Shown here one piece after another: positions 57,467 to 62,806 of a stretch of DNA of 62,806 nt (position 1 is its first letter; each line of letters opens with the position of its first letter). The DNA is from an uncultured virus (IMG/VR IMGVR_UViG_3300034272_003223). Lineage: Duplodnaviria; Heunggongvirae; Uroviricota; Caudoviricetes. The notes under the pieces were generated by a model. That model did not search any database. It worked only from the letters and a program-made list of their open reading frames with translations, and was not told the origin of the DNA. Location: the IMG/VR virus record IMGVR_UViG_3300034272_003223, one strand, 5' to 3'. Position numbers and translations under genes: made by a program.

Positions 57467-58378
57467 ATGGGAAATCACATTAAAAATTTTAAAGGTTGGA
57501 AGAACGTTTCAGAAGCTGGTTCTTGGGGAGAGTGGATGCAATCATTAGTTACTGGCGTAGGAGCAGAGACTCCAGAATTAGGAGCAGATGCAAAGGCTGC
57601 ATTAACCGGCGTAAAGACATTAGCTGGTACTGTTGTAGATAAAATTGCAGATACACTAGGAATAGAAACTGACAAAAAGGAAGAACCAAAATCTTCTAAA
57701 GCTTTTAAATCAAATAGCGGAAAAATTCCAGAAGAACACATTGCCGCATTAGAAGCAGCCATGGATAGACATGGAATTACAAATGAATTTGCAAGAAAGG
57801 CTATTCTTGGAGTAGTATCAAAGGAATCTCCAGATCTAAGACCTGAAGTTGACTATAGTAAAACTTCCAACTCTAGAATTAGAGAAGTATTTGGATCAAG
57901 AGTTTCAGAATTATCAGATTCTCAACTTGATGCATTAAAAGCTAATCCAACTAAGTTTTGGGATAGAGTATATGGACCAACCGATCCAACTGGAAGAGGC
58001 TCAAAATATGGGAATTCTGAACCGGGCGATGGCGAAAGATATAGGGGTCGCGGATTTAATGGAATTACATTTAAAAGTAATTATATCAATCTTCAAAAAG
58101 TATACAATGAAATTGGTAAACTCGAAACTAATGATACAATCGATATAGTTGATAATCCAGAACAGTTGGAAGATCCAGCGATTGCAGCAGAATTTGCAAT
58201 TCTTTATTATATCGATAGTTTTAAACGAGCAAATAAAAACCTAAATAACTTTAGTGATTTAGAATCTGCCGTAACTGATTATGTTAGATCAACTGCGGGT
58301 TGGGGTTCAGATATTACAAGCGGAGTTAAGGCTCAGGGTTTTGCTAGAGCTCTAGACTATGCACAATCATTAGCATAA
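57467..58378 (+). CDS. GH19-like lysozyme/chitinase with N-terminal capsid-targeting-like motif
   Basis: VVSKES, GNSEPGDGERYRGRGFNGITFKSNY, NPEQLEDPAIAA; starts HIKNFKGWKNVSE; GATAAATA at 57435-57442. Confidence 0.8.
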   Translation: MGNHIKNFKGWKNVSEAGSWGEWMQSLVTGVGAETPELGADAKAALTGVKTLAGTVVDKIADTLGIETDKKEEPKSSKAFKSNSGKIPEEHIAALEAAMDRHGITNEFARKAILGVVSKESPDLRPEVDYSKTSNSRIREVFGSRVSELSDSQLDALKANPTKFWDRVYGPTDPTGRGSKYGNSEPGDGERYRGRGFNGITFKSNYINLQKVYNEIGKLETNDTIDIVDNPEQLEDPAIAAEFAILYYIDSFKRANKNLNNFSDLESAVTDYVRSTAGWGSDITSGVKAQGFARALDYAQSLA

Positions 58379-58379
58379 T

Positions 58380-58556
58380 ATGAAGATTAGAGATATTAAA
58401 CCCCAAGATAAAGATATGGTCGACGGAATAGTCGATATTATAAAACAAGTAAGGGACAAAGATAATCGAGAAGAGATTGCAACCAATATGGTTAAGCAAT
58501 TAAAGCGAGAAAAGATTATCTTAAACTACGAAGACTTTTTAAAAGCCTGTAAATAA
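58380..58556 (+). CDS. 58-aa hypothetical protein (not in ORF track)
   Basis: MKIRDIKPQDKDMVDGIVDIIKQVRDKDNREEIATNMVKQLKREKIILNYEDFLKACK, starting 1 nt after the GH19 stop. Confidence 0.55.
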   Translation: MKIRDIKPQDKDMVDGIVDIIKQVRDKDNREEIATNMVKQLKREKIILNYEDFLKACK

Positions 58557-58587
58557 CAAAAGCCTCATTAAGCGGCTTTTTCTTTTT

Positions 58588-58662
<75 letters not shown>

Positions 58663-58707
58663 CTATAATATTTTCAAGATGTGATTGTTGGAAAGTAAAA
58701 AAGAAAA

Positions 58708-59557
58708 ACGCTGAGATTATACGTTTTAACGTTAGATCTTTACATAGGATTATTGTTTCCCTACTTATCCAGAGACTTTTGATCTCTACTCTAACAGTGC
58801 CGGTTTTTTAGGTGTACCACTCCTTGAGCTGCGGGTTTGAACTACTCTCCTCATATTATATCTACCAGAATCTGCCGATCCCGTTAACCCTTGCGAGGCT
58901 ATAGATTTTTCTGAGAACTCGTATTGGACTTGCGATCCTTTACGGCAACTGACAACCAGTTACTAGGTAGGCACCTTTCGTTCGCAGCTGACGAGCGCTT
59001 AAGCTTTGTTTTAAAATGGATTTTAGTTATTCACCAAAAGAACTTTTTATTTCCAAAGTTTATTGACTCTGTGGATTGTGAAAGTAGTGGCTCGTCACTA
59101 GGCCAGCCCCGATTTTGTCAGGGTCGATACTTAACTACTCTCTGAGATATCCCTACCTCAATTTTTCCGGATTCCTCTTAACTGCAGTCTTGGTAGACTG
59201 ATGATAAGGTTAATAACAGCACCACCTGTACATCAACTTGTCTTTCGACTTTAAGGCTCCCATTAAATTGGAGTTCGCAATCATGGAGTCGGATGATTCC
59301 ACTCCTTGCAAATATCCTACGAGTTAATCTTATTGAGGTTCCCCTCTCAACTAAACGACCCACATCGCCTAGTCAGCATTCCAGTTCTCCTACAGTGTTA
59401 CCCTCAGATACTTAGGACTTCTGATATCCCGCTTGCCTACTCGAGTTCCTTGCGAAACCGCAGAGCTGATAAGTCATATAGCTCCACTTTATACCTGTTT
59501 CCAGGTTTATTTGACGATCATAGGCGACCGTTTTGCAACCTAGCAAGCTAGGCTACA
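58708..59557 (-). ncRNA. GOLLD-like giant structured ncRNA (~850 nt)
   Basis: No credible ORF; GC-enriched; many GNRA hairpins and long-range helices; next to a tRNA; GGTATAATA promoter-like site at about 59600. Confidence 0.75.
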
Positions 59558-59648
59558 TATATCAATAAGATTCAAAGAACTTGTTTGTGTTACTTATTTA
59601 TTATACCTACTTTATTTGATTTTGGTTTAAATAAGTAAAAAAAAATTA

Positions 59649-59843
59649 AGGGTTTGAAAAGAGATCCGAAAAAATTTTCGCTAAAAGAGTGTTAAATGTT
59701 GATAGGTGCCATTTTTGAATTTCTTAAATCTTGAATTTTAAATTCAGAGTCCCTGTCTTAACATCAATTGGATTGCTAGAATAAGTATGTAAATGACGTG
59801 CAGTCATATGCTACCGATTCCTCTTCACTCTTTTCTCTCCCCT
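59649..59843 (-). ncRNA. Structured 3' RNA with 7-nt repeats downstream of the DIP1984-like gene
   Basis: AGGG/CCCT and GAAAAGAG/CTCTTTTC closing helices; loop with TTTAAAA-TTCAAGA-TTTAAGA-TTCAAAA. Confidence 0.45.
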
Positions 59844-59848
59844 ATATT

Positions 59849-60277
59849 TTAAATTTTGGTTTTTGCATTGTGAGCTTCTAGCTCCTCTTGCAACATCTCG
59901 ATTTGAGACTCCAATTTTTCAATCAATTGATCTTTTTCAACGATTGAGATTTGTGAAGTGTACTTCACTGGAGAATCCATTCGATATGATTGGTGCATTC
60001 CTTCTTTGCAGTCTAAACCTTTCAATTTAGAAACCAAAGATTTTAGTTCAGCTAATCTAAAGATTTTATCATAAACCTTTGCATTAGCTTTGTGAATAGC
60101 TGTTTTTAATGCAACTAATTCATCAACCGATGTCATTGCTTTTTCCAACGCTTCCTTTGCATCATAAGGACGTGTAGTTCCTTCTTGAATAGAGTTGTAC
60201 GCTGAAACATGCGAAATGTACTCATTAGTTTTTGAAACTAATTTGTTTTTCTGTTTAAGTGCTTTTGTGATATTCAT
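59849..60277 (-). CDS. DIP1984/DUF6847 (septicolysin-like) coiled-coil protein
   Basis: MNITKALKQKNKL...LKTAIHKANA...ELEAHNAKTKI pattern. Confidence 0.6.
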   Translation of the reverse strand: MNITKALKQKNKLVSKTNEYISHVSAYNSIQEGTTRPYDAKEALEKAMTSVDELVALKTAIHKANAKVYDKIFRLAELKSLVSKLKGLDCKEGMHQSYRMDSPVKYTSQISIVEKDQLIEKLESQIEMLQEELEAHNAKTKI

Positions 60278-60332
60278 GTTTTATTGTATTACTTAGTTAA
60301 TAATAGTTTTTAATATACCTAAAAAATTTTTG

Positions 60333-60404
60333 AGCGGATGGAGAGAATCGAACTCTCATCTCCAGTTTGGAAGACTGGAGTAATGGCCATTATACGACAT
60401 CCGC
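60333..60404 (-). tRNA. tRNA-Gly(TCC)
   Basis: Cloverleaf; loop CTTCCAA. Confidence 0.95.
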
Positions 60405-60409
60405 AAATT

Positions 60410-60512
60410 GCTGTCTTTCCAAGCTGTCAACCAGTGCACGTTCCAAACCCTTGTTTGGATGACTGCTTCTATTACTAGAATGCTTTATTTGCAAGTCGTC
60501 GTTGTGTTGGAT
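60410..60512 (-). ncRNA. Structured spacer RNA ending in UGACA-GAAAGA hairpin (copy 1)
   Basis: Hairpins TTCTA-GTAA-TAGAA and TCCAAAC-AAGG-GTTTGGA; 3' TGACAGCTTGGAAAGACAGC. Confidence 0.5.
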
Positions 60513-60519
60513 TTCTGCG

Positions 60520-60625
60520 TAGTCATAATTGGATTCGAACCAATTACAGGCTTTACCATAAAGAGTGCCATTAGCAGTTAATCTCAACCTTGGGGAGGTG
60601 CCCTTCAACCAATGAATTTATGACT
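60520..60625 (-). ncRNA. tRNA-like RNA with expanded multibranched anticodon domain
   Basis: Acceptor AGTCATA/TATGACT, D-like arm TTCA-TTGGT-TGAA, perfect T-arm ATTGG-TTCGAAT-CCAAT. Confidence 0.65.
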
Positions 60626-60630
60626 ATTTG

Positions 60631-60704
60631 CGGTCCGTACGGGACTCGAACCCGTGATCTCCTACGTGACAGGCAGGCGTCCACTCCAACTGGACCGACA
60701 GACC
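60631..60704 (-). tRNA. tRNA-Asp(GTC)
   Basis: Cloverleaf; loop CTGTCAC. Confidence 0.95.
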
Positions 60705-60807
60705 ATTTAGATATTTCAGAAGAGGTTACTAAACTTCAGCTCTTCAAAGCTTCTCAGCTTACAGCGTTCCGTCAATTGTTTACGCTGCTAACTTATTCGG
60801 TAAAGCG

Positions 60808-60879
60808 TAGCCCGTACGAGAATCGAACTCGTCTCTCACCCGTGAAAGGGGCGTGTCCTAACCGATAGACTAACGGGCC
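60808..60879 (-). tRNA. tRNA-Glu(TTC)
   Basis: Cloverleaf; loop CTTTCAC. Confidence 0.93.
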
Positions 60880-60884
60880 AAGGA

Positions 60885-61070
60885 CAAATCTTGCATGCTC
60901 ACCATGCTTGTGGATTTGATTGAACATAGTTTACTGTTCACCTGTTTTGAGTGCACCAAAGAGCAGGGTCCATCACATAATACCTTGGGTCATGTATACT
61001 TCATTGGGTAGCTACTCCCACGAAGCCAAGGTCTCTTTCAACGGTGCTAATCCGTCTTATGTAAGATTTG
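60885..61070 (-). ncRNA. ~186-nt structured RNA, possibly manA-like
   Basis: Terminal helix CAAATCTTACAT/ATGCAAGATTTG; internal ACCTTGG/CCAAGGT; exactly fills the spacer between tRNA-Ala and tRNA-Glu. Confidence 0.55.
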
Positions 61071-61073
61071 TAG

Positions 61074-61147
61074 TGGAGATGACAGGAATCGAACCTGCGA
61101 CCCTCTGCGTGCAAGGCAGATGCTCTAGCCAACTGAGCTACATCCCC
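61074..61147 (-). tRNA. tRNA-Ala(TGC)
   Basis: Cloverleaf; G3:U70; loop CTTGCAC. Confidence 0.95.
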
Positions 61148-61192
61148 GTTTACTGTAATTATTATACTATAAACAAGCTAATAATTGCATTG

Positions 61193-61265
61193 AGCCTCCT
61201 GTCGGAATCGAACCAACGACCTACTGATTACAAATCAGTTGCTCTACCAGCTGAGCTAAGGAGGC
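61193..61265 (-). tRNA. tRNA-Thr(TGT)
   Basis: Cloverleaf; loop TTTGTAA. Confidence 0.95.
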
Positions 61266-61384
61266 AAATAGATGAAGTATGACGTCTACTTAATTTACAG
61301 CAACCTTCTGATAAATTAAGGGTTCTCTTCATCATTGTGGACATAGACTCATCGTCTACTCTTGGGCTTCCACTAGCCCCTTTG

Positions 61385-61455
61385 TTGTCCCGCAAGGATT
61401 CGAACCTCGATTATCTGGACCAAAACCAGATGTGCTGCCGTTACACCACAGGACA
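61385..61455 (-). tRNA. tRNA-Gln(TTG)
   Basis: Cloverleaf; loop TTTTGGT. Confidence 0.93.
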
Positions 61456-61487
61456 GTATACTTTCCAATACGTCAAAGACCAATTTG

Positions 61488-61569
61488 TGCCTGCAGATGG
61501 ACTCGAACCACCGAACCCGTAAGGGAGCTGATTTACAGTCAGCCGCAATTGCCGCTATGCGATACAGGC
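61488..61569 (-). tRNA. tRNA-Tyr(GTA)
   Basis: Cloverleaf with variable arm; loop CTGTAAA. Confidence 0.93.
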
Positions 61570-61575
61570 ATTATT

Positions 61576-62247
61576 CTATTTTCTAGGCTTTTTAGAAATT
61601 ACCTCATCGATAATTCCATATGCCTTTGCTTCTTCAGCACTAAGCCAAAAGTCTCTAGTTGCATCTGCTTTAACTTGTTCTGGATCTTTATCACAATATC
61701 CACCAAGTAAAACAAATAGCTCGTCATTTACTTTTTGCCACTCTTTCCAATCAATTTCAGCATCTTGGATATTTCCACTGAAACCTCCTGAAGATTGATG
61801 CAACATTGTAGTTGAGTGTTTTAGTGAGCTCCGCTTTCCTTTTGTGCCAGCTCCTAACAACACTGATCCCATTGATGCAGCCATTCCAGTATTAACTGTT
61901 CTGATATCACAGTTAATATAATCCATTACATCAACCATTGATAAGCCGCTCTTAACACTTCCACCTGGACTATCAATATGCATAGTAATATCTAATCCAT
62001 CAACTGAATCCAAAAACATTAGCTGAGCTTGCACAATAGTCGACATATGATCGTTGACTGGACCTGCTACCCAAATTAGTCTTTCCATCATTAATCTGGA
62101 AAAAATATCCATTTGAGTTGCACGTAATTCGCGCTCTTCTAAAATATAAGGAGTCATTGACGACTCAATCTGCTTTTGATGGTAGTGCATATTCAATGAA
62201 GAAATGCCATGCTTACTCATCGCGTATTTTTCAAATTCGTTTCTCAT
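61576..62247 (-). CDS. clpP: ATP-dependent Clp protease proteolytic subunit
   Basis: MDIFSRLMMER, IVQAQLMFL, DSPGGSV, GMAASMGS, MLHQ, RDFWLSAEEAKAYGIID. Confidence 0.95.
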   Translation of the reverse strand: MRNEFEKYAMSKHGISSLNMHYHQKQIESSMTPYILEERELRATQMDIFSRLMMERLIWVAGPVNDHMSTIVQAQLMFLDSVDGLDITMHIDSPGGSVKSGLSMVDVMDYINCDIRTVNTGMAASMGSVLLGAGTKGKRSSLKHSTTMLHQSSGGFSGNIQDAEIDWKEWQKVNDELFVLLGGYCDKDPEQVKADATRDFWLSAEEAKAYGIIDEVISKKPRK

Positions 62248-62278
62248 ACAATTATTATACTAATTTAGTTATACTATG

Positions 62279-62353
62279 TGCTTTCTACAGGGTTCGAACC
62301 TGTGACCTCCTCGGTGTAAACGAGGCGCTCTGAACCAGCTGAGCTAAGAAAGC
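62279..62353 (-). tRNA. tRNA-Val(TAC)
   Basis: Cloverleaf; loop TTTACAC. Confidence 0.95.
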
Positions 62354-62357
62354 ATAT

Positions 62358-62433
62358 ATACGTCTTTCCGTATTGTCATCAATTTTGATGGGCTCATCTG
62401 ACAGTCTTTAAACTAACCAGCACTTGAGATTGA
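62358..62433 (-). ncRNA. Structured spacer RNA ending in UGACA-GAAAGA hairpin (copy 2)
   Basis: TCAAT/ATTGA closing stem, then TGACA-ATACG-GAAAGA-CGTAT. Confidence 0.5.
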
Positions 62434-62442
62434 AACTCCTTG

Positions 62443-62516
62443 TGATCCCGAATGGACTCGAACCATTGACTCCCTCATTAAAAGTGAGGTGCTCTAACCA
62501 ACTGAGCTACGAGATC
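62443..62516 (-). tRNA. tRNA-Lys(TTT)
   Basis: Cloverleaf; loop CTTTTAA. Confidence 0.95.
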
Positions 62517-62521
62517 ATTTG

Positions 62522-62596
62522 TTGCGGGACTGGGACTCGAACCCAGAACTTCAGCTTATGAGACTGACGAGATAGCCACTTTCTACGCATCCCGCA
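62522..62596 (-). tRNA. tRNA-Met(CAT) with irregular D-arm
   Basis: Acceptor TGCGGGA/TCCCGCA; loop CTCATAA; T-loop TTCGAGT. Confidence 0.85.
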
Positions 62597-62600
62597 ATAT

Positions 62601-62675
62601 TGGCGTCCCAGGAAGGATTCGAACCTACGACCTAGCGGTTAACAGCCGCTTGCTCTACCACTGAGCTACTGAGAC
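62601..62675 (-). tRNA. tRNA-Asn(GTT)
   Basis: Cloverleaf; loop CTGTTAA; encoded CCA. Confidence 0.95.
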
Positions 62676-62678
62676 TTT

Positions 62679-62752
62679 TGGCACGCCTGAAAGGATTCGA
62701 ACCTCTAACAGCGGTTTTGGAGACCGACATGATACCATTTCACCACAGACGT
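62679..62752 (-). tRNA. tRNA-Trp(CCA)
   Basis: Cloverleaf; loop CTCCAAA; encoded CCA. Confidence 0.93.
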
Positions 62753-62760
62753 GTATGTTG

Positions 62761-62806
62761 AGTACAAGGTTGGAATCGAACCAACACCAATAGTTTTGCA
62801 GACCAT
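62761..62806 (-). tRNA. tRNA-Cys(GCA), 5' part beyond the window
   Basis: Anticodon loop CTGCAAA and T-arm GTTGG-TTCGATT-CCAAC. Confidence 0.8.

Noticed and set aside
58924..59551. Three short ORFs in the ORF track
   Set aside because: They overlap each other on both strands, have atypical composition and lie inside the structured GOLLD-like RNA.
58708..59557. tmRNA, RNase P RNA or group I/II intron
   Set aside because: It is too long for tmRNA or RNase P, has no tRNA-like ends or GAGGAAAGUCC P4 motif, and does not interrupt a gene.
60390..62333. Short ORFs at 60390, 60590, 60920, 61337, 61432 and 62118
   Set aside because: They are translations of tRNA or ncRNA sequence, or antisense to clpP.

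Overview
The window is 62.8 kb of an AT-rich, densely coding jumbo tailed-phage genome with a rearranged T4-like (myovirus) core. That core includes baseplate genes (gp5-, gp27-, gp53- and gp25-like), neck gp13, portal gp20, gp4, gp2-like, primase, uvsY/uvsW and only the C-terminal half of a split family-B DNA polymerase. Accessory genes include dnaJ, clpC, clpP, thyA, guaB-like, speD-like, thioredoxin, an RNA ligase/kinase pair and five predicted peptidoglycan-active enzymes. There are 20 tRNAs, one truncated by the window end. The host is probably Bacteroidota, inferred from the ClpP N-terminus, signal peptides with Gln at +1 and the scarcity of Shine-Dalgarno sites. The standard genetic code fits. 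Four observations stand out. (1) About 17 unrelated proteins share a T4 capsid-targeting-like motif (K-I-x-x-F-x-x-F-I-N-E), and most lie behind an NATAAATA late-promoter-like site, which suggests a large head-packaged cargo that includes enzymes. (2) The tRNA region is packed with structured ncRNA candidates: an ~850-nt GOLLD-like RNA, a tRNA mimic with a multibranched anticodon domain, two paralogous UGACA/GAAAGA-hairpin RNAs and a manA-like RNA. (3) One gene has mutually complementary 5' and 3' UTRs. (4) A DIP1984-like gene is followed by a structured RNA carrying 7-nt repeats. All family assignments come from motif recognition by eye; no searches were run.
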